Assembly (NCBI GenBank): GCA_963666565.1
Contig: OY762911.1
Coordinates: forward strand, 3,200,001-3,264,000
Direction of reading: 5' to 3'
Source: Thermoanaerobaculia bacterium
Lineage (GTDB): Bacteria; Acidobacteriota; Thermoanaerobaculia; Multivoradales; Multivoraceae
DNA: 64,000 bases
Part shown: positions 19,277 through 28,812 of the stretch, piece by piece
Position numbering within the stretch: position 1 is the stretch's first letter
How the letters are laid out: the number at the start of each line of letters is the position of its first letter
Made by a program: the position numbers and the translations under genes
The notes under the pieces: model-generated
Database searches by the model: none
The model's input: the letters and a program-made list of their open reading frames with translations, nothing else
What the model was told of the DNA's origin: nothing

Positions 19277-21016
19277 CTACGTTTCGGCCCGTCCGCCCTC
19301 CCCGATCGGCCGGGCGTCCTCGATCCTCAGCACCGGACAGCCCTGGTAGGAGTCCCATTCCAGGCCGCCGAGGACCTCGAAGCGTCCCTCGAACCGGGCC
19401 GACCGCTCCTTCCAGCCCCATCCGATCAGCCAGACCGGGCGGCCCCGTCCGCCGCCGTCGTCGCGCGGAGTCCGGACCCGCAGCTTGACGTGGTCTTCGC
19501 CGAACGGGCGCAACGGACCGGCCCGCTCCAGCGGGCCGAGCCGGATCAGCGGCCGCCGGTTGCCTTCGCCGTGCGGTTCCAGCCTGGCCAACCGGGCATG
19601 GAGCTCCGGCCCGGCCTGCTCGGCGGAGAGCTCCAGTTCGTACTCGCGCCGCCGCACCAGGACATCGGGCGGCCAGTCAGCGGCCTCCTCCATCGCGTCC
19701 CGAAGGGCCGGCAGTTCGGCAACGGACGCGGAGAGCCCGATCGCCTGGGGATGGCCGCCGAAGCGGGTCAGACGGTCCTCGAAGCCGGCGGCGAAGGCAT
19801 GGAGATCGAGTCGCGGGACGCTCCGGCCCGAGCCGGTCGCGGAGTCGCCGTCGACGCCCAGCAGGATCGCCGGGCGGTGGAACTCGCGCGCGAGACGGCC
19901 GGCGGCGATGCCGACGACGCCGCGGTGCCACTCCGGGCGCCACGCGACGAGGATTCCCGGCAGCGGATCGCGCGCCGCGAAGATCTTCCGGGCCTGCCCG
20001 ACGACCCGGCGCTCCTCGGCCTGGCGGTTCCGGTTCAGCGCGTCGAGTTCGCCGGCGAGGCGGTCCGCCTCCGCCTTGTCCCGGGTCAGCAGCAGCCGAA
20101 GGGCGAGGTCGGCGTCGGCGAGACGGCCGGCGGCGTTGATTCGCGGCCCGAGGCGGAAGGCGACCTCGTTGGACGAGACGGCGCCCTCGACGCGCGCCAC
20201 CCGCATCAGGGCGCGCAGGCCCGGAGAACGGGCTTCCGAGAGCGCCCGCAGGCCGAGCGCGGCGATCACGCGGTTCTCGCCCACCAGAGGCACGACGTCG
20301 GCGATCGTGCCCAGGCAGGCGACCCGCAGCAGGGCCGCCAGCGGCTCGTCGCGGCCGCTCCGCCGCAGCGCCCCCTGCGCCAGCTTGAAGGCGAGCCCGG
20401 CGCCGCAGAGGTGGCGGAACGGATAGTCGCAACCGTTCTGGAGCGGGTTGATCTGGACGGCGCCCGAAGGGAAGTCGTCGCCGGCGACGTGGTGGTCGGT
20501 GACGATCACGTCCATGCCGCGCTCCATCGCCGCCATTACCGCCTCGGTGGAGGTCGTCCCGCAGTCCACGGTGACGATCAGGGAAGCGCCGGCGCGGTGG
20601 GCCTTCTCCACCTGCACGGTCTGGAAGCCGTAGCCCTCGGTGAGCCGCTTCGGGAGGATCGGGACGACCTCCGCGCCCAGGGCGCGCAGCACGGCAGTCA
20701 GGAGAGCGCAGGCGGTCACGCCGTCCACGTCGTAGTCGCCGACGACGGCCACGGTCCGGCGGTTTCCGCACGCGGCCAGCAGGCTCCCCACCGCCTCCTC
20801 CATGCCGCGCAGCAGGAACGGATCGTGCAGGCCGCGCCGATGAGGCGCCAGGAAGGCCTCCGCCTCGGCCGGCGACGTCGCGCCGCGGCGGGCGAGCGGC
20901 GCCGCCAGCAGGCCGTAGCCGGCCTCCTCCAGGGCCGCGGCGGCTTCCGGCGCCGGCGCCTGGACCCACTCCGTCCTCTCCGTTCCGGCCTCAGCCGGCG
21001 CCGGTCCGCCGCTCAC
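19277..21016 (-). CDS. recJ: Single-stranded DNA exonuclease RecJ
   Basis: GDYDVDG, TVDCG, TDHH, GTIADVVPL, GPRINAAGR and FGGH motifs. Confidence 0.95.
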   Translation of the reverse strand: MSGGPAPAEAGTERTEWVQAPAPEAAAALEEAGYGLLAAPLARRGATSPAEAEAFLAPHRRGLHDPFLLRGMEEAVGSLLAACGNRRTVAVVGDYDVDGVTACALLTAVLRALGAEVVPILPKRLTEGYGFQTVQVEKAHRAGASLIVTVDCGTTSTEAVMAAMERGMDVIVTDHHVAGDDFPSGAVQINPLQNGCDYPFRHLCGAGLAFKLAQGALRRSGRDEPLAALLRVACLGTIADVVPLVGENRVIAALGLRALSEARSPGLRALMRVARVEGAVSSNEVAFRLGPRINAAGRLADADLALRLLLTRDKAEADRLAGELDALNRNRQAEERRVVGQARKIFAARDPLPGILVAWRPEWHRGVVGIAAGRLAREFHRPAILLGVDGDSATGSGRSVPRLDLHAFAAGFEDRLTRFGGHPQAIGLSASVAELPALRDAMEEAADWPPDVLVRRREYELELSAEQAGPELHARLARLEPHGEGNRRPLIRLGPLERAGPLRPFGEDHVKLRVRTPRDDGGGRGRPVWLIGWGWKERSARFEGRFEVLGGLEWDSYQGCPVLRIEDARPIGEGGRAET

Positions 21017-23466
21017 ATCAGGTCCTGCGGGTCGACATCGACTGCGACGTCCGCCGAAGGCGCGGGCGCCACGGCCTTCGCCAGGCGCCTCACGTCCGCC
21101 CCGTTCGCCGCGCGCATCAGGAACTGAAAGCGCCAGTGCCCCTTGAGCCGTTCGAGCGGCGCCGGCGCCGGGCCCGAAAAGCGGACCCGGGCCGCGAGCT
21201 CGTGGCGCCGGGCCGCGGCCGCCAGTTCGTCGATCCGCGACCGGCCGCGGTCGCGGTTGCGGTCGCGGACGACGATCTGGACCATGCGGGTGAACGGCGG
21301 ATAGTGGAAGGTCCGGCGAAAGCGCATCTCGTGGTTCGCGAAGGCCTCGTCGTCCTGGTTCAGGACCGCCTGGATCGCGTAGTGGTCCGGATGGTACGTC
21401 TGAACGACGAATCGCCCGGCGCGCTCGCCCCGGCCGGCGCGGCCGGCAAGCTGGGTCAGGAGGGCGTAGCCCCGTTCGGCGGCGCGAAAGTCCGGAAACC
21501 CGAGATAGGAGTCGGCGGCCAGCACGGCCGCGAGCGCGACGTTCGGAAAGTGATGTCCCTTGGTCACCATCTGGGTGCCGATCAGGATGTTCGTGCGTCC
21601 CGAGCGGAACCGCTCCAGCACCGCCGCGGCGCCACCCGCGCGCCGCGTCGCGTCGCGGTCCAGGACGTCCACGCCGGCCTCCGGGAAGCGCTTTCGCACC
21701 TCCTCCTCCACCCGTTCCGTGCCCGCCCCGATCGGCTGCAGGGCGTCCTCGCCGCACTCCGGACAGACTCGCGGAACCGGGGCCTGGGCGCCGCAGTAGT
21801 GGCAGATCAGCCGCTCCTGCCGGCGGTGGTAGCTCTTCGGCAGTCCGCAGTCGTCGCACGGCATGTTCTCGCCGCAGGCCCGGCACAGAAGCTGCGGCGA
21901 GTAGCCGCGGCGGTTCCGCAGCAGGATGACCTGCTCCCCGCGGTCCAGGCAGTTCTCGATCTCCTCGATCAGCAGCCCCGAGAAGGCGACGTCGCCCGGC
22001 CGGCGAGGGCGCCCCGCGGGTTCCTGGCGCAGATCGACGAGGATCGGCTCGGGAAGCGTTCCGATCCCGACGCGGGCGGTCAGGCGAAGTTCGCGGTAGC
22101 GGCCGCGCTCGACGTTCAGCCGGGTCTCGAGGCTCGGCGTCGCCGACACCAGGAGCGCCGCCGCCGTGCATGCGCGGGCCCGCACCAGCGCCAGATCCCG
22201 GCCGCTGTAGCGCGGCCGGGTGTCCTGCTTGTAGGCGCCGTCCTGCTCTTCGTCGACGACGATCAGGCCGAGGTTCGGGGCCGGAGCGAAGACGGCCGAC
22301 CGCGGGCCGACGACGACCCGCGCCTCGCCGCGTCGAATCCGGTCCCACTCCTGGCGCCGCTCCGCGCTGCCGAGGTTCGAGTGGAGCATGGCGACCCGAT
22401 CGGGAAACCGCTCCTCGAGCGCGCGCGCCAGCGCCGGCACGAGGGCGATCTCGGGAACGAGGACGACGACGGAACGGTCCCGCCGCAGCGCCGCCTCGGC
22501 GCCCCGCAGATAGACCTCGGTCTTGCCCGACCCCGTCATGCCGCCCAGGAAACAGGGGCTGAACCGGCCGCTCTCGACCCGCGCGACGAGTTGCCGGGCA
22601 GCTTCCGCCTGGTCGGGCCGCAGCTCGAAGGGCGCGGCGCCGGCGCGGCCCTGGAGGCGGTGGCGCGCCAGGTCGATCGTCTCGATCTGGGTGAAGGAAC
22701 GGAGCACGCCGAGCTTGACCAGCCGCCGCACGACCGCCGCCGAACAGCCGACGCCGCCGCGCACTTCCGCGATGGTGGCCGGCCGTTCGAGCGCGGCGAG
22801 GTACTCGACCACCGCTCTGCCGGCCGGAGAGCGGCCGCAGGCCGCAAGCTGGGCCTCCCGGTCGCCCGGCGGCAATTCGACCGCCTGACGGTAGCGGGAG
22901 CTCCGGCCTCCCGCCTCGTGGACGCGGAGGCGGCCGTCCTCCCGCCACCGATCGAGCCGGCCCGCGAGAGCGGCATCGCCGAGCTCGCTCCAGAGCGCGG
23001 CGAGGGAGACGCGGCCCCGGTCCAGAAGCAGCCGCTGGAGCGCCCGGTCCGACGGGTCGCCGCATTCGGCCAGGGCGCCGCGGTTCGTGAGCTGCACCCG
23101 GCCGTCGCCCCAGGCCGGCAGCGCCCCCGGCAGCAGGCTCCTGAACACCTCGCCGATCGGCGCCGCGTAGTAGGACGAGGCAAAGCCGGCCAGCTTCATC
23201 AGGTCGTCCGGCAGCAGCGGCTCGAAGTCGATGACCGCCTCGATGGGGCGCAGTTCGCTCTGGAGCCCGGCGGGCGCCTCCGGCGGCAGGTCGACGATCC
23301 AGCCCACCAGCCGGCGCCGGCCGACGGGCACCCGGACGCGCGATCCGACGCGGGCGAGGCCGCGCCACGGCGGCGGCACTCGGTAGGTCAGGGGGTCGGG
23401 CAGCGGCGCCGGGACCGCGACGGCGGCGTACTCGCCCGCCTCAACCCTGGGCCGCCCGGTCCTCAT
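21013..23466 (-). CDS. priA: Primosomal protein N' (helicase)
   Basis: GMTGSGKTEVY, DEEQD, NRRGY, two CxxC pairs, GTQMVTKG and QLAGRAGR motifs. Confidence 0.96.
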   Translation of the reverse strand: MRTGRPRVEAGEYAAVAVPAPLPDPLTYRVPPPWRGLARVGSRVRVPVGRRRLVGWIVDLPPEAPAGLQSELRPIEAVIDFEPLLPDDLMKLAGFASSYYAAPIGEVFRSLLPGALPAWGDGRVQLTNRGALAECGDPSDRALQRLLLDRGRVSLAALWSELGDAALAGRLDRWREDGRLRVHEAGGRSSRYRQAVELPPGDREAQLAACGRSPAGRAVVEYLAALERPATIAEVRGGVGCSAAVVRRLVKLGVLRSFTQIETIDLARHRLQGRAGAAPFELRPDQAEAARQLVARVESGRFSPCFLGGMTGSGKTEVYLRGAEAALRRDRSVVVLVPEIALVPALARALEERFPDRVAMLHSNLGSAERRQEWDRIRRGEARVVVGPRSAVFAPAPNLGLIVVDEEQDGAYKQDTRPRYSGRDLALVRARACTAAALLVSATPSLETRLNVERGRYRELRLTARVGIGTLPEPILVDLRQEPAGRPRRPGDVAFSGLLIEEIENCLDRGEQVILLRNRRGYSPQLLCRACGENMPCDDCGLPKSYHRRQERLICHYCGAQAPVPRVCPECGEDALQPIGAGTERVEEEVRKRFPEAGVDVLDRDATRRAGGAAAVLERFRSGRTNILIGTQMVTKGHHFPNVALAAVLAADSYLGFPDFRAAERGYALLTQLAGRAGRGERAGRFVVQTYHPDHYAIQAVLNQDDEAFANHEMRFRRTFHYPPFTRMVQIVVRDRNRDRGRSRIDELAAAARRHELAARVRFSGPAPAPLERLKGHWRFQFLMRAANGADVRRLAKAVAPAPSADVAVDVDPQDLM

Positions 23467-23764
23467 TCAGGCAACTGCCGCAGACGCCGGCCGTCAACTG
23501 GCCTTCGGGCACGTGGACGCCGCAGCGCCGGCAGCGAAGCAGGGCGCTGGCTGGACGGCCGCCCGCCCCGGCCGCGGGCCCGCCCCGCGCCGCGCCTCCG
23601 CGAACGCCTGGACCGCCGGCCGCGTTGCGGCGCAGGACCTGCAGCAGGCGCAGGAAGGAACGCGCCTCGGCGGCCCGGGAAGAGCCCAGCAGTCCCCGGA
23701 CCATCCGGGAGATCCAGAGCCACGCCAGCAGAATGGCGATCAGGATGACGAGGAGCCTTGTCAC
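23441..23764 (-). CDS. Small membrane-anchored protein with C-terminal zinc ribbon (PP0621-like)
   Basis: Hydrophobic N-terminus and CRRCGVHVP...CGSC. Confidence 0.6.
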   Translation of the reverse strand: MTRLLVILIAILLAWLWISRMVRGLLGSSRAAEARSFLRLLQVLRRNAAGGPGVRGGAARGGPAAGAGGRPASALLRCRRCGVHVPEGQLTAGVCGSCLNEDRAAQG

Positions 23765-23866
23765 CTTGTCGCGGTCCCTCTCTCGCCTCCGGGTCGGGCG
23801 CCTGGCCGCCGATCGAACCGGACCCGTTCCGCCGTCAGGAGCGGGGCGTCCCGCAGCCCGGCGGCC

Positions 23867-24382
23867 TCAACTCGCCTTCGCCTTGGAGATCTTCTCCAGG
23901 CTGCCGAGGAGCGCTTTCTCGACCAGCTCCTCCGCGTTCTCCTCGCCGATCCCGCGGACGTGAAGCACCTCGCTGACGATGAAGTAGCGGGCCTTCTCGT
24001 ACATCTTCTTCTCGCGGAACGAGAGGCTCTTCTTCTGGCTGACCAGGCGGAGGTTCTTCAGGACCTCGGCGGCATCGGTCAGGTCGCCGGTGCGCATCTT
24101 GTCCAGGTTCTGCTTGTAGCGGCCCTTCCAGTCCTTGTAGACGTCGATGTTGCCGTCCTCGATCAGGGCGAGGAGGGCCTTGATCTCCCGTTCCTTGGCG
24201 AGACGCCGCAGGCCGACCCGGTCGAGGTTCTCCTCGGGCACCATCACCTTCGAGTCGTTCGCGAGCAGCCGGAGATGGAAGTAGGTCTGCTTCTGGCCTC
24301 CATCCGGCGCGCTCAGCGCGATCCGCTCGACTACGCTCACCCCGTGGTTGGGATACACGACCTTCTCGCCCACTCGAAACAC
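23867..24382 (-). CDS. carD: CarD family transcription regulator
   Basis: FRVGEKVVYPNHG, KVMVP, GLRRL, WKGRY and SLSFREKKM motifs. Confidence 0.92.
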   Translation of the reverse strand: MFRVGEKVVYPNHGVSVVERIALSAPDGGQKQTYFHLRLLANDSKVMVPEENLDRVGLRRLAKEREIKALLALIEDGNIDVYKDWKGRYKQNLDKMRTGDLTDAAEVLKNLRLVSQKKSLSFREKKMYEKARYFIVSEVLHVRGIGEENAEELVEKALLGSLEKISKAKAS

Positions 24383-24525
24383 TCTGATCTCCCCTCAAGT
24401 CCTGGCGGAATCCTGCCTCGGCAAGGATCGCCGGAACGGCGGTTGCGGTTCCGGGACCGGCCGCGAGTCCTGTGTCTGTCGCCCTGTGCCTAAGTTGCAG
24501 AAAATCACGCAGTTAACGGACGCGG

Positions 24526-24554
24526 ATTGTAGCTTCCGGGCGGCGAATCGTCAA
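24526..24554 (-). promoter_or_regulatory. Sigma-70-type promoter for carD
   Basis: Minus strand TTGACG-N17-TACAAT. Confidence 0.65.
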
Positions 24555-24707
24555 GTTGTTCCCGCCCCGTTTCCGCCGCGGGCGGGCGATTCGCCCTAAG
24601 TCGTTGACGCCGCTGACTTTCGCGCTGCGGGCCTGGAACCGGGGCGGCGGGGCTGCTACTCTGCCTCACCTTGCTCCGCGCGGGCGTTCTCGCCGGCGGA
24701 GATCCGT

Positions 24708-24794
24708 GCCGGAGTGGCGGAATGGCAGACGCAGGGGACTCAAAATCCCCCGCCCTGTGTGGGCGTGTGGGTTCGACTCCCACCTCCGGCACCA
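24708..24794 (+). tRNA. tRNA-Leu(CAA)
   Basis: GCCGGAG acceptor, anticodon arm GGGGA-CT-CAA-AA-TCCCC, long variable arm, GGTTCGACTC T-loop, encoded CCA. Confidence 0.95.
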
Positions 24795-25158
24795 ATGGCA
24801 CGCTGCGGAGAGGTCCCCTGCGGGGACTCGCAGCGTCCCCGGCGCCCTCAAGGGCGTGTGGGTTCGACTCCCACTTCCGGCACCAATGGCACGCTGCGGA
24901 GAGGTCCCCTGCGGGGACTCGCAGCGTCCCCGGCGCCCTCAAGGGCGTGTGGGTTCGACTCCCACCTCCGGCACCAATGGCACGCTGCGGAGAGGTCCCC
25001 TGCGGGGACTCGCAGCGTCCCCGGCGCCCTCAAGGGCGTGTGGGTTCGACTCCCACCTCCGGCACCAATGGCACGCCGCGGAGAGGTCCCCTGCGGGGAC
25101 TCGCAGCGTCCCCGGCGCCCTCAAGGGCGTGTGGGTTCGACTCCCACCTCCGGCACCA
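24795..25158 (+). repeat. 4 x 91-bp tandem repeat containing the 3' part of tRNA-Leu(CAA)
   Basis: Units at 24795, 24886, 24977 and 25068. Each ends GGGCGTGTGGGTTCGACTCCCACYTCCGGCACCA. Only single-base differences between units. Confidence 0.95.
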
Positions 25159-25182
25159 GCATCTGGACCCGGCTCAGCCGCC

Positions 25183-25225
25183 GACCCCTCCTGACCCAGG
25201 ACGGGCGGGTCCGTCCGACGCCGCT
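25183..25225 (+). repeat. Intergenic repeat family B copy
   Basis: 41/43 identical to 50544-50586; related to the inverted pair 36302-36328 / 36435-36461. Confidence 0.75.
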
Positions 25226-25242
25226 TCACGGCTTCCCCGGAT

Positions 25243-25266
25243 GCGGGTCAGAAGACCCGCGCACCC
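25243..25266 (+). repeat. REP-like palindrome family A copy (GCGGGTC-RGAR-GACCCGC-GCACCC)
   Basis: Also at 37386, 43125, 44354 (inverted), 44465 and 52646. Confidence 0.8.
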
Positions 25267-25277
25267 AGTGGGTGCGA

Positions 25278-26975
25278 TCAACTGTCGGCGTCGGCGTCGT
25301 CGACGAGGTCGATGCCCTCCTGGTCCAGCAGGACGCCGATGGCGCGGAAGTAGGCCAGCAGGGCGCGGCGGTAGTTCGTGATCGCTTCGACTTCGCGGCT
25401 GCGGGCGGCGGTCAGGTCCTCCTGGATCTCCAGGACCTGGAAGCTGGTCCACAGCCCGTTCTCGTAGCGCTTCTGGGCGGCGTCCAGGTTCTTCTCCGCC
25501 AGTTCGCGGGACACGCGGGCCGAGTCGATCTGCTTGCCTGCGGTCTCCACCCCGCGGGCGGCGGTCCGCACCTCCGTGCGGATCGTCAGCATCAGGTCCT
25601 GGAGTTCCAGGCGCCCCTGGTCGAGCGCCAGGTCGGCGATCCGGCTCTGGGCCCTCGCCGAGCGGTTCTGGAGCGGCTTCGACAGGTTCAGGCCGACCGT
25701 CCAGCCCTCGAACACCTGGCCGAGAATCCCGTCGTAGAACTGGCCCAGCGTGCTCAGGAAGTCGAGCGAGTCGGTCCGGACGTACTCCTCCGGGCAGGGC
25801 TCGAACAGGTCCGCGATGCTGGGCGGCCCGGGGCGCTCGCAGACCGTCCGGTCCCCGCCCAGGGCGTTCCGGCCGTAGCTCAGGCTCAGGTTCAGGTCGG
25901 GCATGCGCTGGTTGCGGAGGAAGGTCGAATCGACTTCCAGCGTTTCGATCCGCAGTTCCTGGCGGTCGATCTCGACCCGGCTCTGAAGCGCCGAACTCAG
26001 CGACGCCTCCAGGTCGATCGCCACCCGCTTGATCTCGGGCGACGTCGTCGGCACGATCTCCAGGTCCCAGAAGGAGCGTTCGTCCAGGTTCAGGAGCCGC
26101 CGCAGTTCGTCCGCCGCGTCCTGGATCTGCGCCTGGACCCGGATGATCTCCTCCTCCCGGGTCGCGATGCCGGCCTCGCTCTGGACGAGCTCCAGCGGCG
26201 CGAGCGTGCCGACCTCGATCTGGATGCGGTTCATCTCGTGCAGCTCGCGGGCGAGGGTGAGGCTCTCCTCGGCCACCTTCAGTTGTTCCAGGGCCTCGAC
26301 CAGTGCCCAGTAGCCGTTGGCCACCGTCTGCACCGTGTCGATCACCTGGACTTCCAGGTCGCCCATGCTGATGTCGCTGTTCAGCCGGGCGACGGCCAGA
26401 TTCCGCTCGGTGATCCGCCTGCCCCGGTTCCGCAGCAGCGGCTGGTTGAACGCGAACTCGAGACTCGAGCGCAGGCTGGGGTTGATGTCCGAGAACCGGG
26501 AGTTCGACGTGGAGCGGCTGTTCTGCCAGTTCATGGAGAAGCTGCCGCCCGAAGAGATCGGCTGCTGGAGTTCGACGTTCGCGACGATCGTCTCGTTCTC
26601 GGTGACCAGGGCGCCGTCGAGCTGCGACGCCGAGGGCCTGCTGTCGCTGTTGACGTTCGTGGTGACCCCGAGCGTCGTGTCGTAGATGCCGTACGCCTGG
26701 TTCACCTGGAACAGCGACTGGGAGCGCTGGTAGCGCTGGACGAGCAGGCCCAGGTTGTTCTGCAGGGCGATGGCGATCGCCTGGTCCAGTTCGAGCCGGA
26801 GGCGGCCGTCGGCGATGTCCAGATCGGGCGCGACCGGCTGGGTGATCCAGGTCGAACCGACCTGTACCTGACCCGCCGCCGGCGGTCCCGAGGACCCGGC
26901 CAGGACGAGGACGGTGCAGAGGGCGGCGATCGCCGCCGCGGACTTTCGGACGTTGCTTGCCGGGAACAGGTTCAT
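25278..26975 (-). CDS. TolC-family outer membrane efflux protein
   Basis: Signal peptide, LELDQAIAIALQNN, and repeated OEP motifs (EVGTLAPLELVQSE; RYENGLWTSFQVLEIQEDL). Confidence 0.9.
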   Translation of the reverse strand: MNLFPASNVRKSAAAIAALCTVLVLAGSSGPPAAGQVQVGSTWITQPVAPDLDIADGRLRLELDQAIAIALQNNLGLLVQRYQRSQSLFQVNQAYGIYDTTLGVTTNVNSDSRPSASQLDGALVTENETIVANVELQQPISSGGSFSMNWQNSRSTSNSRFSDINPSLRSSLEFAFNQPLLRNRGRRITERNLAVARLNSDISMGDLEVQVIDTVQTVANGYWALVEALEQLKVAEESLTLARELHEMNRIQIEVGTLAPLELVQSEAGIATREEEIIRVQAQIQDAADELRRLLNLDERSFWDLEIVPTTSPEIKRVAIDLEASLSSALQSRVEIDRQELRIETLEVDSTFLRNQRMPDLNLSLSYGRNALGGDRTVCERPGPPSIADLFEPCPEEYVRTDSLDFLSTLGQFYDGILGQVFEGWTVGLNLSKPLQNRSARAQSRIADLALDQGRLELQDLMLTIRTEVRTAARGVETAGKQIDSARVSRELAEKNLDAAQKRYENGLWTSFQVLEIQEDLTAARSREVEAITNYRRALLAYFRAIGVLLDQEGIDLVDDADADS

Positions 26976-27088
26976 CGGAGTGCGTTCCTTCCTTCGAGAG
27001 AGCCCCCGCCGCCGCGGGCGAGGCGCACCGTGTCTTCCTCTTTGACGCGAGAGGCGCGACGTTGTTTCAGCAACCCTACGCCGGATCT

Positions 27089-28705
27089 TCAGTCGTCGAT
27101 CAGTTCGAGCGCGATTCCCCGCGCTTCCTCGAGCGTGCCGGCGCGGCGATCCGGAGGAACGTCGCGGAGAATGTCGAGCGTCCCGAGAGTCCGTGCGACG
27201 GATCCGTCCAGACCGCAGACGACGACGCCGGTCCCCTCCGCCCCGGCGACGTCCAGCAGGCGCCGGATGACCATCGCCGCGCTGTCGTCCAGGTAGACGG
27301 CTTCCGAGAAGTCGAAGATGACGACCTCGTGGTCCTTGATGTCGCCGCCGATCACGGTCGACAGCTTGTTCGAGGAGGCGACCGTCAGGGTTCCCTTGAG
27401 CGCGACCAGGCCGACCCGCGCCGTGAACGGGTCGACCGCCGCCCGCTCCTCGCCTTCGCTGAAGAAGGTCCGGTCGAGCAGCGGCACGGAGACCACGCTG
27501 TCCAGTTCCAGACCCTCCAGCCGCCGGGCGTGCGCCATGCCGGCCGCGATCAGGCCGACGGCGACCGCCGTGACCAGGTCGACGAAGACCGTCAGGCCCA
27601 GCGTCAGCAGCATGACGAAGAGGTGCTCGCGGCGGATCCGGTGGACGCGGACGATCAGCGGCCAGTCGATGATGTCCCACCCCACCTTCATCATGATCGC
27701 CGCCAGCACGGCGTGGGGAATCGGCTCGACCAGCGGTCCCAGGCCGAGGGCGAGGAGCAGCAGGAAGATCGCCCGCAACGCCCCGGACACGGGCGTCGAG
27801 CCGCCGGCGCGGATGTTGACGACCGTACCCATCGTGGCGCCGGCGCCTGGCAGGCCCCCGACCAGCCCGGAGATCATGTTGCCGATGCCCTGGCCGACGA
27901 GTTCGCGGTTCGGCTTGTGGCGGGTGCCGGTCAGCGAGTCCGCCACCAGCGAGGTCAGCAGGCTGTCCACCGATCCCAGCAGGGCGAGAATCAGCGCGGG
28001 CTGGAACGCCTGGAGCAGGAAGGCCGCACTCGGCAGGCCGATCTTCAGCGTCGGCAGGCCGGTCGGCACCTCGCCCAGAACCGGCGCCCCCGTCAGCCAC
28101 AGGACGCCCATTGCCGAGCCGACCAGGAGGGCGAGCAGGGGTCCCGGCAGGAAACGCGCCAGTCTGCGCGGCCACAGGAAGCCCGCCGCGAGGGTGATCG
28201 CGCCGATCGCGACCGCGTCCAGGTTCGCCGCGCCCAGGGTCTCCGGAACGGCCCGGACGGCGCCCAGGGCCCCTCCCGGCGCGGGCGGCGCGCCGAGGAA
28301 CGGCAGGACCTGGATCAGGATGACGATGACGCCGATCCCGGACATGAACCCGGAGACGACGACGTAGGGCGTGTACACGACGAAGCGGCCGATCCTCGCC
28401 AGGCCCAGGAGCATCTGGAGCAGGCCGCCGAGAACGACGACGGTCAGCGCCTCCGTCAGGTTGGAGGCGTGGGTCGTCAGGATGACCGTCATGGCGACGG
28501 TCATCGGCGCCGTGGGGCCCGAGATCTGGGACCGCGTGCCGCCGAACACGGCGGCGAAGAAGCCCACCGCGATGGCCCCGTGCAGGCCCGCGACGGCGCC
28601 CATCCCGGAGGCCACGCCCAGCGCCAGCGCGACCGGCAGCGCGACGACGGTGGCGGTCAGCGCCCCGAACAGGTCGCCCCTGAGCGTCGCGGCGTCGTAC
28701 TTCAC
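27089..28705 (-). CDS. SulP/SLC26 family anion (bicarbonate/sulfate) transporter with STAS domain
   Basis: GDLFGALTATVVALPVALA, QISGPTAPM, NRELVGQG and C-terminal STAS (FDFSEAVYLDDS). Confidence 0.92.
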   Translation of the reverse strand: MKYDAATLRGDLFGALTATVVALPVALALGVASGMGAVAGLHGAIAVGFFAAVFGGTRSQISGPTAPMTVAMTVILTTHASNLTEALTVVVLGGLLQMLLGLARIGRFVVYTPYVVVSGFMSGIGVIVILIQVLPFLGAPPAPGGALGAVRAVPETLGAANLDAVAIGAITLAAGFLWPRRLARFLPGPLLALLVGSAMGVLWLTGAPVLGEVPTGLPTLKIGLPSAAFLLQAFQPALILALLGSVDSLLTSLVADSLTGTRHKPNRELVGQGIGNMISGLVGGLPGAGATMGTVVNIRAGGSTPVSGALRAIFLLLLALGLGPLVEPIPHAVLAAIMMKVGWDIIDWPLIVRVHRIRREHLFVMLLTLGLTVFVDLVTAVAVGLIAAGMAHARRLEGLELDSVVSVPLLDRTFFSEGEERAAVDPFTARVGLVALKGTLTVASSNKLSTVIGGDIKDHEVVIFDFSEAVYLDDSAAMVIRRLLDVAGAEGTGVVVCGLDGSVARTLGTLDILRDVPPDRRAGTLEEARGIALELIDD

Positions 28706-28812
28706 GCGGGAGACGCTCCGGCCCGCCGTTCGGGGGCTCCGTTTCGTCCTCTGGCGCTCATCCTCCCTCAGGTCCCCTCGGCCGGCGAACGCCATGCTAC
28801 ATTCCCGCCGCC

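Noticed and set aside
24822-24840. Repeat-unit loop TCGCAGC as a functional GCA (Cys) anticodon
   Set aside because: It lacks U33, the unit has no D-arm and an incomplete acceptor stem, and the second array has a different loop.
24795-25158. CRISPR array interpretation of the 91-bp repeats (also 40348-40623)
   Set aside because: The would-be spacers are identical between units, the repeated part is tRNA sequence, and there are no cas genes in the window.
25278-26975. TolC as a dedicated partner of the NHLM exporter remnant
   Set aside because: It is on the opposite strand and separated by sulP and purC, so there is no specific evidence of linkage.
24505-27296. Repeat-containing ORFs spanning the tRNA-Leu arrays (also 40222-40680 and 40439-43033)
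   Set aside because: They are translations of tRNA and its tandem repeats and overlap real tRNA genes.
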